Shown piece after piece: positions 22,952-36,400 of a stretch of 64,000 nt of DNA. The translations under genes and the position numbers were made by a program. This DNA is from Prorocentrum cordatum (taxonomy: Eukaryota), in assembly GCA_963575745.1 (NCBI GenBank), contig CAUYUJ010000114.1, positions 248,001 to 312,000 of the forward strand. The letters run 5' to 3'. How positions within the stretch are numbered: the stretch's first letter is position 1; the number at the start of each line of letters is the position of its first letter. Under the pieces are notes generated by a model. That model had not been told where the DNA came from and did no database searches. It was given only the letters and a program-made list of their open reading frames with translations.

Positions 22952-25900
22952 ATGGCTTCAGGCCAACGCTCGCGCGGCCTCGATGCGGACCAGATCTACG
23001 AGGCGATCGAGCCGCATGCGGTGAACATCGGTTGGCTCGAGTACGGATCGTCGCCTGGCAAGGACAAGTTCGACGAGAAGTGCCAGGACACTCTGATGGT
23101 GCACGCCGAGGCGCGCATCCGTGTAAATATGTCCACGTCCGTCCACGCCCACCTCAACTCGCCTCCCCCCGAATCGTGCGCCTCGTCGCTGTGCGCGTCG
23201 TTCCCCCGCTTCCCTACTCCCAGTGTTCCTCCACGCAGCCGGCCTCGTCGCCCTCCTCCCTCGACCGTGGCGCGGAGGAGGAGGAGGAGGAGAAGGAGGA
23301 GGAGGGCGACGACGACGAGGAGGAGGATGAGAAGGGACGAGGAATTGCAGGACGAGGATGAGGAGGAGGAGGAGGAGGAGGAGGAGGAGGTGGAGAAGGA
23401 ATGATGAGTAGGACGAGGAGGAGGAGGAGGAAGAGGAACGACGAGGAGGTACGAGGCGTCTAGGAGGAAGGAGGGATGAGGATTTGCAATCTAGCTGCCC
23501 GCAGGCCCTCGCGGCGCTGGAGCGCGCCGTGCCCAACATGGCCCTGGGCCCCGAGGCGTCGCGCATGGCGATGCTCCGCATCGCCAAGGACCGCGCTGCC
23601 GAGTGGGGCTTGACCAGCGCGGCGCAGGAGGAGTGGGCTGACAAGACGGCCAGGAAGTTCTCGGGGCAATAAAATCCATCGGTGATCCATCGGTGAGTTA
23701 TCGGTGAGTTATCGGTGAGCCATCGGTGAGCCATCGGTGAGCCATCGGTGAGCCGCCGATGTCTTACTGCATCCCAGGCCAGCCCAGGTCCGGGCTACCC
23801 CCCTGCCCCAACCAACCGAAAATCGAGCGGGGGCGACGGTGACGAATGCGACGAGGCGCGATGAGGAAACCGACGATGACGAGAGTGGAGGTGGTGAGGG
23901 TGGCGACGACGATCGAATAACAACGGCGACGCCGAATCACGACAAGGAAGATGATGACGATGAAACCGACGACGATAGTAGAGAATATGAGCGATGACGA
24001 CGAGGATGAGGAGGCGGAGGAAGATGAGGGAGGAAGGATGAGGGATGAGGGAGGAAGGATGAGGGAGGAGGGAGGATTGATGATGATGGTGATGATGATG
24101 ATGATGATGATGATGAGGAGGAGGAGGAGGAGGAGGAGGAGAAGGATGAGGAGGAGGAGGAGGAGGAGGAGGAGGAGGATGGAAAAGGGACGAGGGAGGA
24201 TGACCCGAAGCCCGAGCGCATCACCACCTTCACGCCGCTGAGGGGCCCCCGTCGCTTTGCATAGGAGGAGGATAAAGGAGGAGGAGGAGGAGGAGGAGGA
24301 GGATAAGAAGGATGATGATGATGGCGAAGATGAGGACTATGATGATGTCGATGATGGTGATGAGGAGGGGGATGCGGAAGATAAAGAGGGGGGGTGATGA
24401 GGAGGAGCAAGTGGAGGAGGGGCGGATGATGAGGAGGAGGAGGAGGAGTAGCATGGGAATGATGAGGATGACGATGATGACGAGAATGAACATGATGAAG
24501 ATTATGCTGATGATGAGGAGGAGGAAGAGGATGCGTGAGGAGGAGGAGGATATAGGATATGCCGATGAGGAGGATGAGGATGAGGATGACGATGAGGAAG
24601 ACGGGTCTGGGGAGGAAGTGGAGGCGGGGGGTGAAGGGGGAGGCGGATGAGAATAAGGATGAGGATGATGAGGCGGGGGATGAGGAGGCGGAGGCGGTGG
24701 AGGAGGAGGATGGGGGTAGTGGAGGGGGTGGATAAATAGGAGGGGGAGCAGGAGGCGGATGATGAGAATGAGGAGGATGATGAATATGAGAATGATGATG
24801 ATGATGATGATGATGACGATGATGAGGGCGAGGACGAGCGCGATGAGGATGACGAGGAGAAGGAGGGTGATGAGGGGGACAATCGCTGAGGAGGTTGGTG
24901 ACGAGCAGGGTATGGTGAGGCCAATCAAAAACATCAAGAATACTGTGATAACGAAGTTGGTGCTGATATCGTTGATGACGACGACGATGACACGGGTAAG
25001 TATGCTGGTGATGAAGATGACTATGCTGACGGTGGTGGTGAGGATGAGGGCGATTGCGATGATGAGGGTGATGACAATTAGGAGGCCAATGATAATAAAG
25101 ATGATGATGAGGAGGATGACAAGGAGGATGATGACGACGACGAGGAGGAGGAGGACGGCTGAGGATGAGGAATAGGAGGAGGAGGAGGAGGAGGAGGAGG
25201 AGGCGGAGGCGGAGGCGGAGGAGGAGGAGGAGGAGTGGGAGAGAGGGGGGAGGCTGTATAAGTATGATGAGGAGGATGCTGGTGAGGAAGGAGGAAGCGG
25301 AGGGGCGATGTGGACGATCGAGCGAGGGAGTGCCCCCCCCCGCTGCCCAGGCTCAGATCCATCGGGCGGCACATGTACGACGCGCTGAGGAAAGAACGTT
25401 CGGGTGACGAGACCCCGCGCTGGCTGACGCAGCTCAGACAGAAGCGGGCCTCGCTCGGCGTCACCGTCAACCGCGACCAGGTGCGCATTTGCGTGAAGCG
25501 CCGTCCTGCGCGAGCGGGTGCAGAGGAGGCAGAGGAGGCAGAGGAGGCAGAGGAAGCCGAGGAGGCAGAGGAGGCAGAGGAGGCCAATAAAGCAGCTGCT
25601 GAGGAGAGTACCCCACGAACTCGGAAGTCGAGGAAGTGGAGCGCGCCTGCTGCTGCTGCTGTGTGCCAGTACGACCCGAAAGAGGAGGTGGCGTGGCGGG
25701 CGGTCCCTGGCTCAAAAGTTCCAGAAACAACGGACACGATTTATGCGAAGCCAGGGGCCGCCCCGACGGACATGATGATGGCGAAGTTCGCAGACGGCAC
25801 GGAGCTCCCGTTGCCGACGCTCACGGTGGCGGCGTGGGCAAGCAGCAAGCAGGCGCGGCCAGCGAGCTCGAGCCGAGGTGGTGGTGTCCACGTGAAGCAG

Positions 25901-26746
25901 GTGCGGGACGACGGTGCTGTGTTCAAAGTAGAGGATAAATTATTGAATAATGGGAACCCTGGAGTGGTTCTCAAGATCGACGGAAGTCAAAAGATCCAGC
26001 TAGCGTACAAGCACCGCGGCAGGGAGACGGCAATTGCATTGGCAAAGAAGTGGTGTGAACAGATATACAAAGGCCGCCGCACCGTCGAGGACTGCAAAGC
26101 AGAAAAACAAGTCGTGGAGAAGAACCTGGGCGTGGGCAAGAGGGTGATCAGGAAGCCGACGGCCGACGACAGCATGGGCAGTGGCGCGATCATGAAGAGA
26201 GGCAAACCAGCTGGACATCAATCAGGTGGTGCTGCTGATGATCCACACGATGATGATGACGAGGGCCCTGAAGATGGCCACGCCGAGGATAAGGGCGGCG
26301 GCGGAGGCGAGGGCGGCCAAGAGGACGATGATGGAGAGAAGGGCGCGGAGGATGAAGATGAGGAGGAGGCGAACGCGGAGGAAGAAGACGAGGAGGAGGA
26401 GGACAAGGCAGAGGGCGGCGAGGAGGAGGGAGAAGAAGAATCTGCACATGAACAAGATGAGGAGGTTGAGGAGGATGAGGAGGAGGAGGAGGAGGAGGAG
26501 GAGGGCAACGAGGACTCATGCAACGAGGAGGGCGAGGCGCACGTGCGCAGGCGGCCCTCGATGCGGCTGTCGTCTGGCGTCGGCACCGCCACGAGCAAGC
26601 GCCCAGCTGGCGCCAAGAAGCACAAGCGCCACAAAACGACGCAGAGCATCCCCCAGCTCCCAGGTCCGACCTTCGGCACGCTGATGCAGCATCGGTTTCG
26701 CAGTTTGTCCTCCAGCCCGAGCGCGAACCCGGCCATTACCGACTGA
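22952..26746 (+). CDS. Transposon gene A, unknown function, 3 exons (22952-23110, 23505-23653, 25351-26746; ~567 aa) with an acidic C-terminal tract
   Basis: The exons join in phase through GAG|GC...CAG|G and CAG|GA...CAG|G junctions, giving MASGQRSRGLDADQIYEAIEP...HAE/ALAALERAVPN...EEWADKTAR/LRSIGRHMYDAL... The total of 1704 nt is divisible by 3. Confidence 0.7.
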
Positions 26747-27240
26747 GCGGGGGTAGAGCGCTGCCTTACGAGAGATCGGGGGGAGGATGATGAGAACGAG
26801 GAGGATGAGGATGAGGACGGGGCGGAGCGACCGAACCAATAAATGCTTGGCATCGGGCCACACTTGTTTTCGATAGGGCCAGCGCTGGCGCGCGTCGTAG
26901 CAGAGGCCCCGCGATGTCTGCGCATCGGCCTCGATGTAGGCCAGCTGTGCGCCACGACAGGCGCTGCTTTTGTGGCCACGTGCTCGATTGATCTGGCACG
27001 AAGCGCAGGCCCGTCTCGGTGTGCACGAACTCTGGCACGCTGCACGGAGTACGCACGAGGGATCGTTCGGCGACGGGCGAGCGGTGTCGATACCGAACGG
27101 CATGATGTGAGTAGTGGGGCGGTGGGGAGGGTGGACACGGCGAGGGGCGAATGCGACAGCGACGCAGCGTACGACGATGAGCGCGTTCTGACTCTGACGT
27201 CGAGGCGGATCCAGCCGATGCGGCGTGAGCCCCCCCGACG

Positions 27241-29235
27241 ATGGCGAGCGCTGCCCCCCCCCCCCCTTCTGCGGTCCTCGAAGAGGGTCGGGTCGAGCCA
27301 GCACCTCGGCGGCCAGGTCGAGAGAGGGATGCGTGTAGGGGGTGGCGGAGGGCAAGGATGAGCGGACAGAGTTCCTCCTCGACCTTCCTCCTCCGCGTGT
27401 TATTCCGTCTCCCCCTCCCCCTCTGCATCCTCCCCCCCTCAGTCTCACTCTCATCCTCCTCCCCCGCGTCCTCCTCCTCGTTCGCCCCCTCCTCCGACCG
27501 CTCTTCCTCGTCGTCGGCTTCCTCCTCCTCCTCCTCCTCCTCCTACTCCTACTCCTCCTCCTCCTCCTCCTCCTCCTCCTCCTCATTCTATTCCTCCTCC
27601 TCCTCCTCCTCATCCTCCTCCTCATCCGCCTCATCCTCCTCCTACTCCTTATCCTCCTCCATGTTCGTCGTCGGCGTCGTCGGCATCGTCATCCTGATCC
27701 TCCCTCTCTCTGTTTCGCTTGCCAGGCCACGGCGCCAGCGTCGCGGAGCTCCACGCGCTGGAGCAGAAGGCGCTGGAGCACGAGGCCGACCTCCAGAAGA
27801 TACAGGAGTTCGAGGCGAGCGAGACATTGCAGCGGCAGCTAGCCGACGAGGAGCGGCACCAGGAGAGCGGGCGCTGGGAGGAGAGAGAGCGCGACAATGC
27901 TGTGGTGGCCGTCAGCAGCAGCGATGATGCCCCACTGAGCGGCGGCAAGGGCAAGTCGATCGCCGCCGAGCTCGGCCTGAGCGCGGGCATCGGCAAGCGC
28001 GGCGTCGACAAGGGCGGCGCCGGCAAGGGCGGCAAGGGTGGCATGATGGCGCTGCCAGGGCTGACGATCGCCAAGGGCAGCGACGCCGCGGGCAGCGCCG
28101 CGGTCGACCGCCGAGGTGGCGGCGGCGGCGGCAGCGAGGGCACGGACGGCGTCGGCGCCGAGGTGGCGGCGACGCGCGCCGAGGGCACGGACGGCATCGA
28201 CGTCGCCGCGGACGTCGGCGCGGCCAGCGCCGAGGACATGGCGCCACCCCGTGCACCGCTAGGGGCGCAACCAGCGTGCCCCCTGCCGATGCCTGAACGC
28301 TCTCGCTCCCCTCATCGTCAGAGTCGACCCCTCAAAGCCCTCCTCGCACTGCCCCCCCCGCCCCCCGAAAGCCCACTCGCCCTGCCCCCTCGCCCTGCAT
28401 CATGGACGCCCCCCCCCCCGCCCTGGCACCCCCCCGCAGACGACCCCCCACCGGCAACCCCCTCACGAGCCCCTCGATGCGACTTTGACGGTGGGGGCGG
28501 GGCGGGAGCGTCGGGGGCATCGGCGCGGGGCAAGTTGATTTCGCCTCGAAGGCACCGCGTGCCGAGGGCGAGAAGCGCAAGAAGCGCAAGAAGAAGAGGC
28601 GGCGCGCGGCCGACGATGACGGCTGGCTCGCAGACGGTGGCTACGACACCCCGCCTGCGACGTGCAGGGGCGTCATCAGCACGGCGCCGTCCGAGGCGAT
28701 CCCCTCGGAGCAAAAGGAGATGGCCGAGGAGAGCGAGCACTGGGACGAGCACGCCGTAGAGGAGATCCAGCACGCCCAGCTGCGGAAGCTCAAGAGCGGC
28801 TCGAACACGCTCCCGCCCAGCGCCGAGCAGAGGGACTGCATCGCCGCGACGCCTGGAGTTCGTGGGACAGCCTGGGCCATGCAAAGCCCTTCCCCGTCCT
28901 CATCGCGTTCCCCATTGTCATCCTCCCCCTCCTCGCTACGCACCTCATCCTCACCCCCCCTCGTCATCATCTTCCCTCATTCCTCCCCAGCAGTCCCCTC
29001 CTCCTCATCCTCATCATCCTCAACATCACCTTCCTCCTCCTCCTCCTCCTCTTCCTCCTCCTCCTCCTCCACCTCCTCCTCCTCCTCCTCCTCCTCCCCC
29101 TCCTCCTCCTCCTCCTCCTCCTCCTCCTCCTCCTCATCCTCCTCCTGCTCCTCCTCCTCCCCCCCTCATGCACCCCGTCCTCCGTTATGCCCCCGTCGTC
29201 GTCCCCCCTCCTCGGTTTCCTCATAGCCCTCCTCC

Positions 29236-29271
<36 letters not shown>

Positions 29272-29272
29272 G

Positions 29273-29311
<39 letters not shown>

Positions 29312-32300
29312 AGTCGTGCTCCTCATCCTCCGCCTCCTTCTCCTCATCCTCCACCTCCTTCGCATCCGCATCACCCCCTCCTCATCTTCCTCCGTCTCCG
29401 CAGCATGCTCCTCATCGTGTTCCTCATCCTCCTCATCCGCCGCACCGTTCCCCATCCCCATCATCACCATCCTCCTCGTCATCATCATATCCATCATCAC
29501 CATGCCAATCCTCCTCGTCATCGCCATCATCAAGTACACCCCCACACATCCCCGTTCACCAACATCATCATCACCAACACCAGTATCATCACCCGTCATC
29601 ATCATCAGCATCACCTCATCATCCCCATTGTAGACATCGCCACCATCATCATCGTGCTCATCATCGCCAGCCTAATCATCACCACAAACCGCATTACCAT
29701 CACAACCGCCATCGTCATCAACATCATCACCGCCAACACACTACCCGTCGTCGTTGTCGTCGGTGGTCATCGGTGAGCCATCGGTGACACATCGGTGGCC
29801 ATCGGTGAGCTATCGGTGACACATCGGTGAGCCATCGGTGAGCTATCGGTGCACCCCACACCTGCCACGTCGATTGCCCGATCCCACAGGACACAGTCAT
29901 ATGACGACGCGGCCACCCCCGAGAAGGTCCTCAAGGACGCCATCGCGAAGCTGGAGGGCAAGATCCAGAAGAGCCGATACGTTGAGCACGACAACAAATT
30001 CAACAAGCTCAACCCGCAGATCAGAAAGCCAGGAGGTGCCACTGATGCTGCCGCTGACGCGGGCGAGAAAGGGAAACGCCATGCGACAGGACTCGAGGAG
30101 TTGAGGAAGACAGTTGAGGACGGAGACGGCAGCTTTACGATTCGGAGTGCGCTGGGACGACAGTTCGACAGAGAGAAAGCGGGCTCCGCCAAAATGCAGA
30201 AGGAGTGGGACTTGTGCCTCGACCGCGAGCAGTACAAGCGCGAGTGGGCGAAGACCAAGTACGAGGGCAGGATCCTGAGCAAGCGCATCCACTCCACGAC
30301 GGTCAAGGAGAATTGGACGGAGACGGGCAAATTATGCACGTTTCTGCGGCTCCTCTACGAGGAGGGCGGGCCTCGCGGCCAGTGGGACCCCGACTGCATC
30401 AGGCAGTGCGCGGCGTACGCCGCCAAGTGCGTCGACCTGGGCTACCCCTACGCCCAGGTCGACGACTGGTCCGACGGCGTGGTGAAGTACATGTGGTTCG
30501 AGCAGAAGTGGACCAACGAGTTCGAGCGGCTCTGGTCGGAGGTGCAGACCCAAGACAAGGAGAAGGAGGACGACGCGCCCGCGGCCAGTGCACCAGCAGC
30601 GCCACCAGCGACCCCGCGGCCCAAGCCCAAGCCGAAGCCAGACGACGGCGGCGTGGCCAAGGCGATCAAGGAGGCAAAGGCCACGGTCGGCGAGGCGAAG
30701 AACGTCCTCGCGAGCGCCACCAGCGTGCGCGCGATGATCGACGACGCCTCCGAGTCGGACGAGTGGGCGTGGGCCAAGACGCCGCGGGTGCACGGGCAGA
30801 TGAAGAAGGAGATCGGCATCCTCACCAACTCGTTGCGGCAGAGCACGCTGGCCCACCTCATCATGACTGGCGTCAACGAGGCCACGAAGGCGCCATGGGG
30901 TAGCAACGCGGGCCCTCCCCTGTCCTCCTCCTCCTCCTCATCCTCCTCCTACTCCTCCTCCTCCTCCTCCTCCTCCTCCTCCTCACTCCTCCTCCTCCTC
31001 ACTCCTCCTCATCCTCCTCCTCCTCCTCGTCTTCCTTCCACTCCACCTCCTCCTCCTCCTCCTCCTCATCCTCCGCCTCCCCCTCCTCCTCCTCCTCCTC
31101 CTCCCCCTCCTTCAAGCAATCGTCGCCGACATCTAAGCCCCACAGCACGGCTCCTCCTCCTCTTTCTCCTCCTCCTCCTCCTCCTCCCTCCTCCTCCTCC
31201 TCCTCCTCCTCCTCCTCTTCACCCCCCCCATCCCCATCCCCTCCTCCTCCACCTCCTCCTCCTCCTCCTCCTCCCCCTCCTCCTCCTCATCATCCTCCCC
31301 CGTCCCCCGTCACCGTCCGTCCTCCCTCCTCCTCCTACTCCTCCTCCTCCTCCTCCTCCTCCTCCTCCTCCTCCTCTTCCTCCTCCTCCTCCTCTTTACC
31401 AACGCCATCGCCATCGTCACCATCACCATCATCGCCACCAGCATCGTCCGAATCATTACCATCAGTATCACCATCACCATCATCATCACCATCACCATCA
31501 CCATCACCATCATCAACACCATTATCATCACCATCATCGTCACCATCATCACCACCATGATCACCACCATCATCACCATCATTATCACCATCGTCGCCGT
31601 TGTCGTCATCACCACCAGTATCGTCATAATCACCACCACCAGCATCGGCATCATCATTGCTGATGCTATATGATCGCTGCTGTCGTCGGCATCTTCATCG
31701 TCATCATCACCGTCGTCATCGCTGTTGCGTGCACCCGCCCTTGCCCAGATCAAGAAGCGCCTGTCCAACACGCAGATCGTGAAGGGGAACATCGATATGC
31801 AGCCCGTGAAGGACTGGCTGGGGGCGCGCGGCGGGGGGGGCGGTGGACGGGGTGGAGGACGGATGGATCCTCCCATCCTCCTCCTCCTCCCCCCTCGTCC
31901 TCCTCCGCCTCCTCCTCCTCCTCATCCTCCTCCTCCTCCTCCTCCTCCTCATCCTCCCCTCCCCCCACTTCGTCCCCCTCCTCCTCCTCCTCCTCCTCGT
32001 CCTCCTCCTCAGTTTTTGTGGGAAAATGTTTCCGAATTCCACGCTCGACTGCGTGGTTCCTCCTGCTCCTCCCTCCTCATCCCCCTCCTCCCTCCCCTCT
32101 CCCTCCTCGTCATCGTCCTCCCCCGCCTCACTTCATCCACGCGTGTATCTGCCCACGTCGCGCGCTCGCAGGACGCCATCGAGGCGCTGCAGAGAACCCT
32201 GGGCAACGCTCTGGCCGCCAACGACAACATGCAGCAGGTGCAGAGGGGCAAGCACGACACGAAGGCCAGGCCCGAGCCGCCGCGGGACGACGACGCGGAT

Positions 32301-32342
32301 GAGCAGAAGCCCAGGCGGCTGAAAAAACGTAGGCTCCGCTGA
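27241..32342 (+). CDS. Transposon gene B, unknown function, ~5 exons (27241-27316, 27726-~28830, ~29890-30889, 31749-31811, 32172-32342); one frameshift within exon 2
   Basis: Coding islands between microsatellites have compatible AG acceptors and GT/GC/GA donors. The core reads ...YKREWAKTKYEG...GKLCTFLRLLYEEGG...AAYAAKCVDLGYPYAQVDDWSDGVVKYMWFE... There are basic NLS-like runs (KRKKRKKKRRR, RRLKKRRLR). The exon 2/3 junction is unresolved, and the frameshift is probably in the poly-C runs at 28350-28450. Confidence 0.6.
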
Positions 32343-33491
32343 GCGCTGGTAGGCGCTGGCAGGCGGCTGGCGCACGCCGACGCTTCGTGATTGGGTGCGT
32401 GGCGCATGGGAGGTGTGCGAGCCAGTTGCACAATTTCAGTTGTGATGCACGCGACACGCCGTGCTGCAATAAATATCCCTGGGCCGTGGCTGAGCTGAAA
32501 CGAAAATTGACGGAAACATGCCCCCGAACACCTAAAAATACAGCAAAATTACCCCAAAACTACCGGTGAGGTACCGGTGAGCCTCCGGTGAGCCTCCATC
32601 GGTGAGCCATCGGTGAGTTTATCGAAACCGCTCGATACATGGTCGAAAAACGGAGGTGAGCCATAGGTGAGCCATCGGTGAGCCATCGGTGAGCCATCGG
32701 TGAGCCATCGGTGAGCCATCGGTGAGCCTCGAAATAAACAGAAAAACACATCAGAAATTGTGAGCCAGCCACGCTCGGGAGTGCACGTGTCGAGGTCAGC
32801 TGTGCGTCGAGGAGATATCGCGCGCTCCGCGCGCAGACGCCCCCAGCGCTCGCGGACGAGCGCGTGCATGGGGCGACGATTGGGGAGAAAAAAACACACA
32901 ATCAGATAGTGATGCCACCGCCTGTCGATCATGACCGTCCCTGTGTCCAGTGATCCCGTCCTCGAGGTAACGAGGATGCGCACGTTTATGATGTCTTGTG
33001 TGTGCATGCGGAGAGGGATGGCCATATCGAGGAGAGGGTATGTATAATTGGGGGCTAGGCGTTGTAATAGAACGTGAGTCACGCAACTCGGGATGGTGAT
33101 TAACCCTAATAGTGGTGATGATAACGATTATGAATAGGGGTGATGAGTTGCAGTATCGAGGATGGCGCAATCCAGCATGTGGTTGACCCCATCTACTCCA
33201 CAATTGGGGCCCTGAGTATGTACATCACCTCGTCCTCCTCCGCATCGACACCCTCCCCCTCGTAAGTCAGCGTGCCCCCCCTCCCGCCACCGCCCAACAT
33301 ATCACACATGCCCGATCTCACCCATCAGGTGCCGCACCCTCCTCCTCCTCATCCTCATCATCCTTATCCTCCCCCTCCTCCTCCTCCTCATCCTTCTCAG
33401 CTCCTCCGATCACGTGCTCCCTCTCATTACTTGGCACGAGTGTGCGTGTGCAGTCGTGCATAGCCGCGCAGATCTCGAGATTAGTTTGGTC

Positions 33492-36400
33492 ATGCCCCCT
33501 TCCGACAAGCGGAAGCGGAGTATCCCCGCGCCAGTTGCGCCCGAGGTGTTGGCCCGCACTCGGGCCGCTGCAGGTGCCGAGTTTGTGCATAACCTCCTGC
33601 ACCTCTACGGCACAGGCGTCCTGTCTGCTAAAGCTTTTTGTGAGCTTGCACATTCTGCATGTCAAGCTGGCGCTGAAGGTGAGTGCGGTGCATGGGGGCT
33701 GGAGCCGAGCGCGACGGGGAGTACGGGCAGATACCAAAAACACATAGAGCGGGTACTCGACAGCAAAGGGTTACGCAAAGTTATCCCCATTCCTTTTCGG
33801 ATCCCAATACAGTCTAGGGTAAAGGCGAAACGAACATATCATGACATGCTTGTACGACCGTTGCACGAGCTCCTCCACCAGGAAATCATGGGTCGCCCAC
33901 TTGCTCTCGCAGAAATGAAACATGCAATGGGGTCACGCGCGTGGCCTAAAGTATTCACCGAGCACCCAGTCTATCTCGAGTCAGACCCTGACGACCTGGT
34001 GGTGCCGATTGCTGTCTTCGTCGATTCGGCGCAATACGGTGGATCAGCTGGGGCGGGGAGGACAAAATCAATCCTCACGATATCATTAATAAATCTGGCC
34101 TCTGGGGTGAGACACATTGGTTTAGAATTTCGTAAACACTTGGCATGTAAATGTGGTTGCAGGGGTTTCTGTAGTTACCAGCGACTTTTTACTATGCTCC
34201 ACTGGTCTCTCGACAGCCTGGCGTTGGGGAAGTTCCCATTGGAGCCTTGGGATAACGGTGATTGGCCCCTCGGATCCGAGGGGTGCGCTACCAACGCTGG
34301 GAACGACTTGGGATTTAGAGCAGCTCTATGTTATCTTATGTGTGATTGGGAAGGCCTCACGCAATTTTATTGTGTACCACAATGGGGCCACAAATACCAC
34401 CCATGTCCATTGTGTTCGGCATCCCTCCAGACCATGTTCTCGTTCAGGCTATGCAGTTGCATGTGCATGTACACACAGGGGGGCGCTTATAGACACTTAT
34501 CTATGTATGTATGTATGTATGTATGTATGTATGCATGCATGCATGCATGCATGCATGTATGTATGTATGTATGTATGTATGTATGTATGTATGTATGTAT
34601 GTATGTATATATCGGGGGGTTACACACGCTGCGTGGGATGTCCGTGGGTCTGATAAGGGGCTTAGACGTGCGGTGTAACGTAGACGGATGATGATGACTG
34701 ACGCATGTGATGATATTACGGGTGATATTGCGAGATGGTAATATGAATGGTGGTGGGAAAATGTGGGCCCGATGATCAGGGGGACTTCCGTGCGAGAGAG
34801 CTCGGCGCGCGGGGCTGAGCGCGGTGGGCCTCCATACTGGCTCGGTCTGCGGCGTGGTGGCCGCGAGCCTCGGCACGCGAGGTGCGTTGAGGGGGGGGAG
34901 GAGGAGGAGCTCGAGGAGGGTGATGAGGCGGATAAGGATGATCATGATGATGATGCTGCTGTTGATGATGACGATGATGAGGATGAGGCGGAGCTCGAGG
35001 AGGAGGGGCATGCGGAGGGGGACGGGGATTAGGATGATGAGGGGCAGGACGAGGAGGAGGAGGATGAGGATGATGAGGATGATAAGGAGTGAGAGGATAA
35101 GGAGGATGAGGAGGATGATGCGGATGATGAGAAGGATGATGACGATGAGGATGAGGGGGAGGACGATGATGAGGAGGATGCGGAGGCGGATGCGGACGAT
35201 GATGCGACGGCGGATGGGGATGATGGTGATGATGAAGAGGAGGAAGATGATGAGGAGGAGGACGGGGATGGGCGGGAGGGAGTGACGAGGAATACGAGGA
35301 TGATGATGATGAGGAGGATGTTTACGAGGGGGGCGGGGGGGCGGGAGCGGATGAGGAGGAGACGGAAGAACACGATGATGATGATGATGCTGATGAGGAT
35401 GATGGTGGGGGAGATGATGATGAGGACGGGGAGGAGAAGGGGGATGACGATGAGGACGATTAGGAAGAATGAGAAGAAGGGCGAACGGGATGAGGACGAT
35501 GAGGATGAGGTGGATGAGGAAGAAACGTAATGTGATGGTGATGATGATGATGCTGATGGTGATACTGCTGCTGATGATGATGATTACCCGTTTAAGTAAG
35601 ACGATGACCACGGTAGCCACGACCATGGCGGGACTAAGTTGGGTGATAATATGATTGGACGGTAATGATCATGCACATCCTCACTGTCGCCTGCACTCGT
35701 CTCATCCTCCTCATCCGCCTCATCATTCCCATCCTCCTCCCACTCCTCATCATCCTCCTCATCCTCCTCATCATCTCACTCATCAGCATCACCGTCCCCC
35801 TCGTCCTCCTCGCGTTCCCCGTCACCATTATCATACGCATGTGCATTATCGTCATTCTACGCTTACCCCGTCCCGTCTCCATATACACGCCCCATTCCCG
35901 CGATCATCATCATTATGCCCCCCCACACTGGCTATCCGCACTCTTCTTCCACATCCACAATATCACCCTACTCATCGTCCACAACATCGCCACATCTCCA
36001 CACACACACACACACACGCCGTCATCAGCGTCGGTGCTCAATCGGTGAGCCATCGGTGAGTTATCGGTTCCTAGTACAGTGCACTACTTCATTTCATGCG
36101 GCCACTGGCACCCCCCCATGGGCGCACCTATGCGTTGTGTGCAAGCGCATGTGCTTACATGTGCAGGCTCATTGGTGCTATGGATCCTATATGGGTGGAC
36201 CACGGCCCTGATTCACACGAGCTCGCCACGCGCAGTGCTGAGATAAAGGTGGTCATTCGCACAGCCGAGGAGCGTGCCAAGCTGATTGCTGATTCACAGC
36301 TGGTGTTCGATACCAGACCGAAGACTGGACGGGGCCTCACGGTGACACGCGACACAGCCAGTCTGAATGCGGACAGCAACCCACTTGCCAAAGGAGATGA

